The position numbers were made by a program, and so were the translations under genes. A stretch of 62,195 nucleotides of DNA, the filler included, from Squatina squatina (taxonomy: Eukaryota): assembly GCA_031763465.1 (NCBI GenBank). It is 3 parts of 3 records of this genome, joined end to end, with 100 filler letters (N's around TTAATTAATTAA, not from the genome) between each part and the next. Parts side by side here need not be neighbours in the genome. Positions count along the whole stretch, not along the records: positions 20,815 to 40,784 come from JARFOE010000057.1; positions 40,885 to 62,195 come from JARFOE010000115.1; 1 more part is not named here. One strand, 5' to 3'. The notes below the pieces were generated by a model that saw only the letters and a list, made by a program, of their open reading frames with translations, had not been told where the DNA came from and did no database searches. This document shows, piece after piece, positions 39,356 through 52,200 of the stretch (its first letter is position 1; the number at the start of each line of letters is the position of its first letter).

Positions 39356-40784
39356 GTGAGTACAGTGCCATGTTCACCTACATCCTGATGTGTGGATCAC
39401 TCTAACCCCCTCACTCTGCCTTCTCAAGCCTATTCCAGCACATCACTTCTCACACCAACTTGCCTTGCAGGTGCACCCATCCCTCTCTGTCTATAACCCT
39501 TATATCCCCTTCTGACTAACCACCACTCACACTCACCCTCATCCTAATGCAATCATAGCAAGTAACACCACAGAAGGAGGCCATTTGGCAATGTCACACC
39601 ACTCCCTCATAGTCACACTCTACAGATGTANNNNNNNNNNNNNNNNNNNNNNNNNNNNNNNNNNNNNNNNNNNNNNNNNNNNNNNNNNNNNNNNNNNNNN
39701 NNNNNNNNNNNNNNNNNNNNNNNNNNNNNNTCAAAATATATCTTGGGTTCAACTATCATGCTCACTCCTACCAATAGCTCACAATATGGATTAAACTTAA
39801 TCAGGAGTAAATATTTAGAAATAAAACTGGGACAGGGTTCTAAATGTTTTGAAATACTTTCAAGGTGTTAGAGGACTAATTTGAGAAAAATGAGTTTCCC
39901 AATGAAAACAAGCTCTTTTTTTCTAAGAGTAATGATAATTCTTCATTGCAAAAATATATTTTAAACTTAGATAATATCCTATGTAAAGGTAGCACACAGT
40001 GCCCTTGGAAATTTGAATCCCTGTGTCAACTGCCTCATTGCACTCATTTGGCACTTTACATATAGTTACAATGAACTAATAAAGATTTCATCCCACAACC
40101 TATGTATTTATTCAGTGTTGGAAGTGCTATTTATTGCTTTGTACATTGTGGGATTCCTTTATCAGTTAATTGAGCTCCACTTATGATCAAACAGGACATG
40201 TCCTATTAGTAATTCCACAGAAACAATACTGCATAAATTGATATAGTCAGTGGGAGATTGACATTAATGAAGCAGGCATATATTAATTGTTTAAATAACA
40301 TTTTATCGAGGATCATTCATTTACTCGTGAAGTATTATGACATAAAACTGATTTAGTAGATGGGCAGTTTAGTGGCATTATGAATATCATTTTTACAGTC
40401 ACATGTTCATGTTTATTATTAATAGATTATATTGAGTAATGCATTTGGCTATGAATCTAAATTAAATGACCTCACTGATGGGAAGATCACAAAAATACAG
40501 CAATTAAAATAGATTACCATAAATGGCGGAACATAGGAACACACTTAACAAATAACATAAAAGTTTGATTTGTCCTTGATTCTACTATTTTTTTTAATAT
40601 AAATAAATGAAAAATTCTTAAAACACACGCATACTTTGAGATAATGTCATGGTAACTGTAACCGAATGGTATAATTTAGTAGAAATGTTGAAGACTGATT
40701 TATCAAAATTAGTTGGAACTGCAGGAAGTCTGCAATTTGCATTTGAGAATGACCTTGTATTGTGCAATGATGCTGATGATAAGG

Positions 40785-40884
40785 NNNNNNNNNNNNNNNN
40801 NNNNNNNNNNNNNNNNNNNNNNNNNNNNTTAATTAATTAANNNNNNNNNNNNNNNNNNNNNNNNNNNNNNNNNNNNNNNNNNNN
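40785..40884. other. Artificial scaffold-joining linker
   Basis: 44 N + TTAATTAATTAA (40829-40840) + 44 N, identical in design to 20715-20814. Confidence 0.95.
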
Positions 40885-42349
40885 CATTAAAATAGCTTGT
40901 GTAGGAGAGAGGTGGCAACCAATTTCAAATTCTGCATCGAAATTACTGATTTAACTCCAATAGTACCAACAAATCTAATGTTACAAGATGTTGCTATAGT
41001 AAATGGCTGTTTTAAAACTTGTTCAATGGATTTGAAGAGAGATAACTTTTTACAGGAAAGGAGGAGGAAAAATGAAAATTACATCATCAGGTTACAATTG
41101 CCAGTTAACATGTTAAAAGTATAATTAGCAGAACCATGGTTTTCTAGTTTTTTCAGACCATTTAGCTTCTATAGACTAATACCAGACATTACATTTAAAC
41201 CCAAATATTCAAATCATTTATAAAAGAAATACACAAACATTTCTCCCATTGGCACAGTGCAAAAAGGCCCATATATATGCCACACAACTAATATATCCCT
41301 AGCAGATCTCCCATCACATTTCTCATCGTTAGAGGCAACATAGGTGAGGGAGGGATAACGTTCTAGAATTTGGCAGCACCGGGATTGGAGAAGTTAGTAC
41401 AGTGAAAAGACCAAAGACCACCAGCATCTCAGTAGATGGCCATAGACAGAGCACTAATAAAATCCTTATGAAGGGTGAAGAGAGGCCTCAATAGAAGACG
41501 GAGAGCAGGTAATGCATGCAACAGGCATAACAAAAGGGAAGTGGCTACATCAAGTTTCCACAACAGAAATACGAGTGCACTATGGGCCAGAAAACTGCCT
41601 CAGCCAAACAAGGTCATCGATAGTAGCTAATTATGAATGGTAGTACCACAAAGGGCAAAAAATTAAGTNNNNNNNNNNAGTGAGAATGTAGATAATGGAC
41701 AAGATCATAGGTCTGGATTTTGCAGTCAGTGACAAATAAATGGCACTTGCCATTCATTACATTTACCCACAGACTTTCTGTGGGCTTTTGCACTGCGACT
41801 TGTGGCAATTACAGAGTCCTGTGTGAACAGGGCAAGCAACGGTGCGTCTCTAATCAACCAACCAGATTGCAGTCTAAAAGCGCAAGTTAGAATATTTCAT
41901 TTACTATCAAATCATGTACAGAAAGCAAAATAAAGAGGGGGAAATGAAAGATGGGATTGAGAGATAAAAGGGACAGTGGAGGAGATAAAGAGACAAAAAA
42001 AAGTAAATAATTTTTTTTTTTAAATCTCCAACAATAATGAAATCCTGAAGCAGACACTCCACACTAAAAGTAAATTTCCAGTGCCAGAGAAATGGATTGG
42101 CAGTAAATAAAACTTAACGTAGTTAGAAATTCATGTAAACTAGAATAAACAAGCCCCAATTTTTTCAGGAATGTTTAGTGGGCAAGTACTGCAAATTCAT
42201 GTCCTTCATTTATTGGAATGCTGAGTCTCTTTGCATTATATTGTTAGAATGAAGTTTCTGCAGGAGATGGGCAACTTGGACAGCAAATTCCTGATTTCTC
42301 CTTTTAATTGCACATGTATGGACACTGGAAATTGCTATCCGATTTACTT

Positions 42350-43240
42350 TTTAAGAGACACTGGGCGAGATAAGTGAGCACTGGTAGAGGACAGGACATG
42401 GGCAGCTGAGTTTTGGATAAGTTAAGAATTTATGCAGGGTGAAAAAAAAGTTAGCAACGAGGATATTGAAATCATCAAGGTTAAAAGTATGGATAAGGAT
42501 TGCAGTTGAGCTAGGGATGGAAGTGGGCAATTTTACAATGGTTGAATAAGTGGTCTTGAAGCTCAGCTCCAGGTCAAACAGGGCATTGGGGTTCTGCATG
42601 GTCTACCCAGCCTGAGCAAGCAACTGGAAATCAGTGTGAAGTCAACAATTAAAGAATTCATGGCAGAGGCAGAAAATGATGGCATTGGTCTTTGACACTC
42701 AACTCGAGGAAGTTGTGACTCATGCTGGATGCGCACTAAATTTGCACAAAGGTGGGCATGGTTTGATGGAAGCGTAGAGTTGGGTGCCATCAACATAGAT
42801 ATGGAAGTCGACTCTGCATGCGATATCACAGCACATGGGAGGGGAGGGCAACATGTAGATGAAAAGGATGGGACCAAGGATAGAGCCTTCAGAGAGTTTG
42901 GAAATGACTGCAGGGGCAGGAAAAGAAGCTGCTGGAGTTGCTGGTTAAGTTTGGATGGGTAGGAGTTCCACCACATAAGAGCTATCTTATGGAGATGGAC
43001 AATAGAGGTAATGCAATTGGAAAAGATGGCGTGTGTCAAACAGCATGGAGGAATAATGCACAACAGTCAGAGGGTCATTTGTGGGATTCATACAGCGAAT
43101 GCTAGAGGTAGGAGGCAGTGGGTTTCAGAACCTTGGAAAGAGAAAGGTTAAGAATGGGGCAGTAGTTGGATGGGTCTGAGGGAGTGAAGAAAGAGGTTTG
43201 AAAGGGATGGAGATGGTGCCCAAGGAAAGAGTGACATTAA
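42350..43240 (-). mobile_element. Old L2 LINE RT fragment in PAPOLG intron 5
   Basis: Minus strand reads LGPILFIYMLP and FHIYVDGTQLY (decayed YADDTQLY). Confidence 0.7.
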
Positions 43241-43539
43241 AAATACAGGGAATCATCTAAAATTTACAACAGAAACAAAGCAGTTACCAACTTCCATTCA
43301 AACTTCAAGAAATTTGAATCAAAATAATCATTCCAAAAAAGGTAGAGGCTACAAATCGACTGCTAATGTCACCAGTATGTTGAAAATTCAGAACATGAAG
43401 ACTGAACACTCAAACCCATGCATTTAAGAGTATGCCCATCATAATTAAGCAGAAACACAATGTAAAGGATACAAATATGCAACTATCTAATAACCTATAA
43501 GAAAGCAGTTTGGAAAGTGCTGACAGAGTACAACATTCA

Positions 43540-43671
<132 letters not shown>

Positions 43672-43758
43672 TTATTTGGGCACCCCAGAAAGTGCCAACA
43701 TTTCTCAGGTCAGTAAGTTTGACAAGTTACATTAAAAAGAGTTTGTACTATTACACTA

Positions 43759-43974
<216 letters not shown>

Positions 43975-45206
43975 TCAATAACCAAATATCCTTTAGTGCT
44001 GTGTTCAAATATATCTGTACCCTCCATTTAAATGTATATACACTTAAGCTTTTCTTAAAGACTACAGGGGAGGTTTTCTGCAAAGCACAAGATTTTTAAA
44101 AAAATTTACAAGTTCTACATGCTTCTCCAATTCTACACAAGGAGGAGGATTAGGCCATTTGGGCCTGAGAGCCTGCTCCGCAATTCACTAAATCATGGCT
44201 GATCTTATTCGACTTTAGAATAGCCTACATTAGAAATTTACATTCAATTTTGACAAGTATGCCTTTTGGAGCATAAATACATTAACCTTTCTAATATATG
44301 AATCACAATAAAAGCCATTTAATAAAAAAATGTTTATTAACCTAAACATTCTTAATTATCCAAATGACCCTCTTAAACAAGTCCTGCAGAATGCACAAGC
44401 TGCTCCTTNNNNNNNNNNCTTAATTGTTCCCCATAATAAATGAATACTATCCATTTACTCAGACTTAATTTAAGATTAGGGGAAAAAGCTCTCAAAACTA
44501 CTTTAATCAGTGTCTAAAATTTAGCTTGCACTCAATTGTGCAAAAAAAATAAAAACAACATTTACTCATAGTAAATGTTTATGTGGAAGCAGCTGCTAAA
44601 AACGATCAAAGCCGAACCATTACAAAAACCCAAATTGCTATTTAGAGTGAAAACTCCCCACCTATTTTGTGATAATTGAATTTACTGTATTTTGNNNNNN
44701 NNNNNNNNNNNNNNNNNNNNNNNNNNNNNNNNNNNNNNNNNNNNNNNNNNNNNNNNNNNNNNNNNNNNNNNNNNNNNNNNNNNNNNNNNNNNNNACTCTG
44801 CTGTTCCTAATTCTAAGAACCAAAGCCAAATGGTCACGAAAAAATACTTTCTTATAACAAATCTCCATCATTTCAGAACTTAACCCTTTCTGCATGAACA
44901 CAAAATCTATTTGGCTCAGTTTTAAAACATTACCCACCCAACCTCTTCTGGAAAAACTCCCTTTTTATGAGGTTCTGGTCCCTCTATAAGTCTCAAATTT
45001 GAATTTTCCATCATTTTTACAATCATCCTTCTGGGGTTACCATCCTTAAAGGTCACCTGGGCTAAAATTTCCATCTGAAATAAAAATACATTAGCTACAA
45101 CACTAGTCAGAGGATTTCCTTGAAAAGATTAAAGTACTATTACAATACCAATGAGGTATCCACTACATACAAAATATTTCAGTTTAAGAAACACAAGTAG
45201 TTTTAC

Positions 45207-45273
45207 CTTTGTTTCGCTGATTTCTGCTATCCACTCTTTAACCAAATTGTTCAATTTACCCAAAACAACTAAT
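45207..45273 (-). CDS. PAPOLG: Poly(A) polymerase gamma exon 3 (67 bp)
   Basis: tttcag|A..AAG|gtaaaa; reads (R)LVVLGKLNNLVKEWIAEISETK. Confidence 0.96.
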
Positions 45274-45357
45274 CTGAAACATGAAAAGAGACCATTAAAA
45301 TTGTTCAATATGGATCTCAATGGTAAATTTGTATATAAAACTACTGTTACAGTATTA

Positions 45358-45552
<195 letters not shown>

Positions 45553-47261
45553 TCATTACATATTGTAGAGTAATCTCAATACAGCTCAAACTGAAAGTAT
45601 GTTGAAAGCAGCAATGGACTGAAGACCCGAGTCAATATGGGCAAAAATAGCAACATCTCACTAGTACAAATAAAATTATATTCAGTGCTCATTACAAACT
45701 CAATGTAGCTTCTGAAAGACTTACTTCATTCATTACTGCTCCAAAGTCTTTGCCAAAGGTTGATGGACTGCCTCTAAAGGGAGTCCTACCAATATCACAA
45801 ATCAGACATTTACTTCTAAAATAAAAACAAAATTGTGACTACTAGAAAGAGTGTAGATCACTCAGAAGTGCTTGACTTATTTAAAAATGCTCAACAAACT
45901 TAACATCCATCACTCCCACTTTTGTGGCATTTGCAGTTACATACTGCTTGTATGTCATACTTTAGCAGTACTGCTTTTGACAAGCAGTATTCACTTACAT
46001 TAACCAACAAGTGCTTGTCAAGCCAATCTGTGCCAGAGAGGGACTGCCACGAAGCAGCCGCCATGATCTCTGCAACATACCAATTAAAAAGCAAACAGTT
46101 TGCTTGCAGTCCTACACACAAGTACATTATTATTAAACTGAGATGGTCGCCTCCATCTGGGAACTGTTGTCAAGCTCCAGCTTGGCAGTAAATGACTCTG
46201 AACCTCACAGCAGAAAACTGCTATTTTAACAGAAAATAAATGTACCATTTGTACATGTAATTAGAAGTGGGTTCAAAAGCATTAACAACTGGGGGGTTCA
46301 AATGTCAAATTGCAAAAACAGTTCTTTAGCGAATTGCAGATTTTGCTTGAACGCCGAAGAGGAACTTTTCGAAAGCTTGTATGTCTGACTTGTCTGCCCC
46401 TTTTCCATAGATTAATCCCACTACCCAGATTCTCATGTTCTGTTTTCCCAAGACATACCTAATTGTCTCTCGACCCTTTTACGCTGTCTGCTGGTGCATA
46501 ATGGCACATTTGTCATAATAGCAATCATTGCTTGCAACCCAAAGTAATTCACTGACTTAAGTGCTTTCAGTTGCTGAGATGATACGGCTATATATAAATA
46601 AATATTTGTCGTTCTTTCTTGGGCGTCACCAGAACCCTGAGTACAATATGAAGCATTCTCATTACATCACGGGGTGATCACTATCATTGCACCGACTTTA
46701 ACGTCTTTAAACCACTATTTAATGCTGACAACTAGGTATGGGAGTCCAAATAGACTGGATTACAGAAGTCCAAGAGTGCTCCAATGGTCTACTTGCAAAT
46801 ACATGACAATAACGCCAGATATGCAACAGGTTATATTTAATCTGGAATTCAGTAACAGACTGGGAAGCTGTTGATGTTTAAGAACGACACATAAACTTTC
46901 TTCCAACCCTTGTCCTTCTATTTTCCTCCCACTCTTTCAATGCCTTTCAAAAAACTCACCACTAGCCCGGTGACAAGATGAGCAGGCAACCTACTCTCTC
47001 ATCTCTGCAAAAGCTGCTTTGCAGCCAATTATGAGAAGACGCAACAGTACGATCACTCCTATCCAGTGGGAAATATCCAGCCTCCACATGACAGCAGGAA
47101 TTTGGTACCAAGGTAAAATGAAGATGAAAACCTTAGTTTACAGTGCTCTTCATCCTTCCAGCTCTTTGCAAACCTCACTATGAAACCAAGACTCACTGGA
47201 TCATCTCTTGATCATTCTGATCCAGGGTCTCAAAACTTTGAACTCCTTACCTCCCTGAGAT

Positions 47262-47603
47262 TCCCTTCCTCCTGCAATTGATCTGCTGGACAATTCCCTT
47301 CCTCCCGCTCCCCATCTACTGGACAATTCCCTTCCTCCTGCTCCTGATCTACTGGGCAATTCCTTTCCTCCTGCTCCTGATCTACTGCCCAATTCCCTTC
47401 CTCCCGCTCCCGATCTACTGGGCAATTCCATTCCTCCTGCTCTTGATCTACTGGGCAATTCCCTTCCTCCCGCTCCTGCTCTACCGGGCAATTCCCTTCC
47501 TCCTGCTCCTGATCTACTGGGCAATTCCCTTCCTCCTGCTCCCAATCTACTGGGCAATTCCCTTCCTCCAGCTCCTGATCTACTGGACAATTCCCTTCCT
47601 CCC
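47262..47603. repeat. 33-bp minisatellite, ~10 copies, running into a gap
   Basis: Unit CTCCTGATCTACTGGGCAATTCCCTTCCTCCTG; produces the 11-aa repeats seen in the ORF track. Confidence 0.95.
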
Positions 47604-47703
47604 NNNNNNNNNNNNNNNNNNNNNNNNNNNNNNNNNNNNNNNNNNNNNNNNNNNNNNNNNNNNNNNNNNNNNNNNNNNNNNNNNNNNNNNNNNNNNNNNN
47701 NNN

Positions 47704-47878
47704 TGCCCAGGTGCAGACCGTCCAGTTTGTACTGGTCCCACCTCCCCCAGAACCGGTTCCAATGTCCCAGGAATTTGAATGCCTCCCCCTTGCACCAATC
47801 CTCTAGCCACGTATTCATCTGAAATAGCCTGCTATTTCTACTCTGACTAGCACGTGGTAGTGGTAGTAATCCTGTCTC
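47704..47878 (-). mobile_element. CR1 LINE ORF1 fragment (SGNH/GDSL esterase domain)
   Basis: Reads GLLPLPRASQSRNSRLFQMNTWLEDWCKGEAFKFLGHWNRFWGRWDQYKLDGLHLG, with the DGLHL block V motif. Confidence 0.85.
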
Positions 47879-50800
47879 ATGCACCGAATTACCTTTAGTA
47901 CCTCTTTCAATATCAGTTTATTTGCATATTCATATCTTCCATTCCTCCCTCGCCTTCCCATATTCATTTTCAGAGGATATTGTCAGATTATATTTTGGGG
48001 CTCTTCTCATCATTGGTGCCTAAATGTATGCAAGCAATTGTAATGGGATAATTTTACACAAATCCAAAATGCAGCCATTAGAGAGTAAAAGTCATGTATC
48101 TCTACCTTCTGATGTGGTACAATTAGATACTGCGCTTATTTTGACTTTGCACTAGTGTAGGGAGCCAGATTAATGAGGAATACTGAAGTTTAACCTTCAA
48201 ATGCATTCATTTTGGAAATCTTGTCCTGTTGTGCTTTATTATCAAATTACATGTCTGCACTTCATGTTGATGGCACTTGATATGTTGCATACATTAGACA
48301 CTAAGCACTTTAAAGTGAGCTGCAGCATGCATTATATATAATGATTTTACAGCACTTGAGGCCTCAGTTCATGTTCAATTGCTAGGATAGGCAAAGACCA
48401 GGTATATCTCTATTCTGTAAAAACAAATCAAATAAGATGAATTTGCAGCTTTATTTTATTCACATTTGCTATAAAGTTGCAAAACAGGGCTATTAGTTGC
48501 TTAGCTGCAGTCTGATGGATGTATTAATAAGCTCTGAGTAACCCAGCTTACATTGAGTACAATTTTGGACCTAATGGCATGTCTTTGTTGAGAACTAATA
48601 ACAAACAAACAATGTATAATGGAATCAGATGTGATGTGAGCTGGACAAGAAGGCCATACAAAATTAAAGATGAGAGCAATGTAAATATTTGAATTCTAAC
48701 CACTGTATCTACATTTTGCAAAGGAACATATCTGTCTTGAAATATAGGCTAAGTCACTTTGAAGGTGCTACGCAGTCATTGTAAGAAAAGAGACAATCTT
48801 AGCTCATCCACTATTTGGAGTCAATCCCATTGCAGTTCCTTGGAAGACACCAGTTGGGGTCATTGTTGCAAAGTGGATGTCAGCTGTAGCAAGTAGGTCT
48901 GCCAAGTCTTCAGCATTTTTCTTAAACAATCTAAGAGAAACTAATGGCTTCACCCTATTTCCCCATTAATCTTCTGCATGAAAAGTCCTCTACCTCAGCA
49001 GCTCAAGTCTCTTAAGAGTGGAGTGTGTGGTGAATGCGTTATTAAGAATCTGACTTTATTGCATCCCTATTAAATGAACTCCACTGTACTATCAAAGTTC
49101 ATATATTGTGTGAGATATTCTAAAATAACCTGAATAAAACAATTATCGCAGCAAGTGAGATGATACGCACGCATTTGGAGTGTGTTAGGAAGTGTCCCCT
49201 GAAAGGAAACAATTCAACTTTGACTAGCTGGGACAGATTAGGAAAAAATGTTTCAAAACCTTCATTCTGACCTAAAATAAAGCAAAACATGTAAAAGTGC
49301 ATGTTTAAGGTTTTACTGGAAATGCTGAATAGAGGCAATCTTCCCAATGCATTTACGCCATTTTGTGCTGCTTTCTGCCCTACTTCTGATATTGGATTCT
49401 GTCCAAATCGAACCTGACCGCAGAGCAAAACTTTCTCAGCCTGCTCACATCAATATTCAATGTATGAAATATACATCAAACAAGTCAACAGAGGATGAGT
49501 AAAAATTGGCTTTCTGCTGGCCATAGGATGCTCTTTCATTCCAAACACAGTGGCATCTTTTTCACAGCTACAGAGGCCCATAGATTAAGGGCATATTCAT
49601 AGGTTGAGGTTATTAGCAGAGAAACAGGTCAAACATTTCTAAGCAAATAGATAAAATTAGCTAACATTTCTTAAGTAGTATTCAATTAAAGGCTATTGCA
49701 CTAAATACTGAAACAGTTCATTAAATCATTAAAAGAGATAGTTATAATACTCGCAAAGTCATTAAAGCATTATTCCCTAACCAAAGAGGTAGTGTTGCCT
49801 AAAGCACAGTTTAATAAAATTAGATCATAAGCTATGTCATGGGGTTTCTACCACTGACATCAGCTCAAAAACACTGGATTCATGACTGGACTCTTTAATC
49901 TGCATCTGATACCCATAGAAAAACATTTGATAAGTCTGATGAATTGTGCCAGAATTGGGGAGTTCTTACTTAATTGGGCAGTTGTTCAGGAAAATTATTG
50001 AGATGCAATACTATTTGAAAGGCATGAATGGATTATTTACTTCTAAATATCAATTTTCAGCTTGTATCGCAGCTGGCCTGTTATTTCGGCTCTTATTTTA
50101 AACATGGTTTTTAAAAACCTTTTTTAGTTTCNNNNNNNNNNNNNNNNNNNNNNNNNNNNNNNNNNNNNNNNNNNNNNNNNNNNNNNNNNNNNNNNNNNNN
50201 NNNNNNNNNNNNNNNNNNNNNNNNNNNNNNNGCAGCATGTCTGGCATACACCTAGAAGCAGTACTGGAAGAAGTTTAATGACTTCACTGGGTCAACCAAG
50301 GTAGGAGAACACAAATTATCATCCATTAATTTACTGTACTAAGCATGTATGCTGCTTACAATTACCTCCTCCTCCTCACTGGTTTGAAAGTACTTTCAAG
50401 TCTTACCATGAATGTTCTTTATTTGGCATAGTGCATGTTGCATCCTCAGCTTTCACCTGGAAGTATTTCTTTACTCACACCCTTAAATACATTCAACTCT
50501 AAAGAATCCTCCTCTCTAATGTAGCTGAATATTGAATGTACACGTCACCACACCAGCTATGAGCTGCATGCTGCAACTTACTGCATGTTGTCGTAACAGC
50601 TAGAAGTCTCATTTTTTCTGCTATGTCTTCAGGAGAAACCAGTCTATAACAGAGAAAGGATACGTGCAGCAGAAAGACCTTGTAAGATTTGACTTCTAAT
50701 TTCATAAGAGGAGGAAGTTCTACAAACTGAAAAGGGGCAGTGCCTAAACAGTTGCTCCAAAGGGTCCTCAGAATTTATGTGGCAACAGGGAAAATAGCAG

Positions 50801-51949
50801 AAATATGTCCAAGTGCCCAATCCAATCTTTTTAAAGGGTTCTTTAAGTCTACTTCCATAAAGAACACAATCCGTTGCATCTCTGGAGCTGATTTTATATT
50901 GATGGATAAATAAAACAGCTCTATGTTGCTTTGAACACTGGGAAATTGTGTGTATGGTCATGGATCCAGCAGTGAAATGGTGGGTGTTTTGGCACCCTTC
51001 AAACTTAATATCAGGATGGGGCTAAAATGCAGTGTCACGCAACTTTGTCTGAATTTCTGGTCAGTTTAGAACAGAGCAGCTGGCCTATTGCTGTTGTCTT
51101 AAAATAGTAATTTAAGTTCCTTTGGAAATTCTTGTATTTTCTCAGTTCACTTGTAATCTCACCTTTGATTTTTTGGGATTTCTCCAGACTGTCTATTTGA
51201 AAATAATTGTGTATTTTAACACTATGAATTTTAGTTATCCCCATCTGTAGTTCTGTAAAGATAATTTCCTAAAGCTCTGTTGTCTGTATCACTGATTCAT
51301 TCGAGTTTCTGAGCTCTCTGTTCCATCGCATTTCTGAACTGATTATTATTCCAAGTGCACTTCGTTACGGTCTTGTTAATATGGAAATCTCATACACTTA
51401 TATGGGCCAAAACCTCCAATCAATTTACTCAGCTCATTTATTTCTTAGTATAATTAGTGGATCTAATTGCATTGTTATTATACACGTTGGGATTGGAAAA
51501 ATAATTGGGGGACTTTGTTTCTTTATCTAACATAACGAAGTGTGCTTCCCTTTTTCTTTTTTAAAAAAGTGACTGTAAATATTCCCTAGGATAATTATTA
51601 CCAACCCTTTAGATAAAAGCTCAAGGCTTCTTTAGTGACAAATTAGTTCATAATCTTTGGCTGGTTTTTAGTTTAGTTAATGAAACCTCAAGAAGAACCA
51701 GTGGAGTTAGGAATTCTNNNNNNNNNNNNNNNNNNNNNNNNNNNNNNNNNNNNNNNNNNNNNNNNNNNNNNNNNNNNNNNNNNNNNNNNNNNNNNNNNNN
51801 NNNNNNNNNNNNNNNNNGAGTAGGAGGTACACTGAGAGAGCAGTAGCCAGTAAAATAGTATGTGAAACCCAGTGACCTTACTGTGGTAAATAGTGAAAGA
51901 TTATTGCCATTGTTGGGCAAATGGGAAACTAGGGAACAAAAAACAAGGA

Positions 51950-52200
51950 TTCTCACTGGAAGAAACGAGGGAGGGCGAAGAGGAAAGTCCTTGAACTAAG
52001 GTCTATCAGACCATGGAATACTTCATCACATGTGGCAACTGTGGTGCAGACTAAAACTTCATTTCATAGGGAATGGGATATGTATTAGAAAAGGAGGAAT
52101 ATAAAAAGATCTTAGGGGGTGGGAGAATGGGATTACAGGAGACAGCCAGCATTGGGGGCCGAATGGCGTCCTCCTGTTCTGTAATTTCTATAATTCTATG
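51950..52200 (+). mobile_element. Decayed CR1 3' end
   Basis: Contains TGGAATA.., then the tail GGGCCGAATGGCGTCCTCCTGTTCTGTAATTTCTATAATTCTATG. Confidence 0.55.

Noticed and set aside
43464-43472. U12-type donor GTATCCTTT in PAPOLG intron 5 (also at 1791 on the plus strand and 50663 on the minus strand)
   Set aside because: None abuts a recognisable exon, and I found no matching TCCTTAAC branch point. Compatible with chance.
47262-47603. CRISPR-like array or repeat-protein gene
   Set aside because: Head-to-tail units with no unique spacers in eukaryotic DNA. The open frames follow from the 33-bp period.
49500-49540. ATGAAAGAG (MKE) on the minus strand as PAPOLG exon 1
   Set aside because: It continues HPM with no GT donor at the expected phase-2 position.
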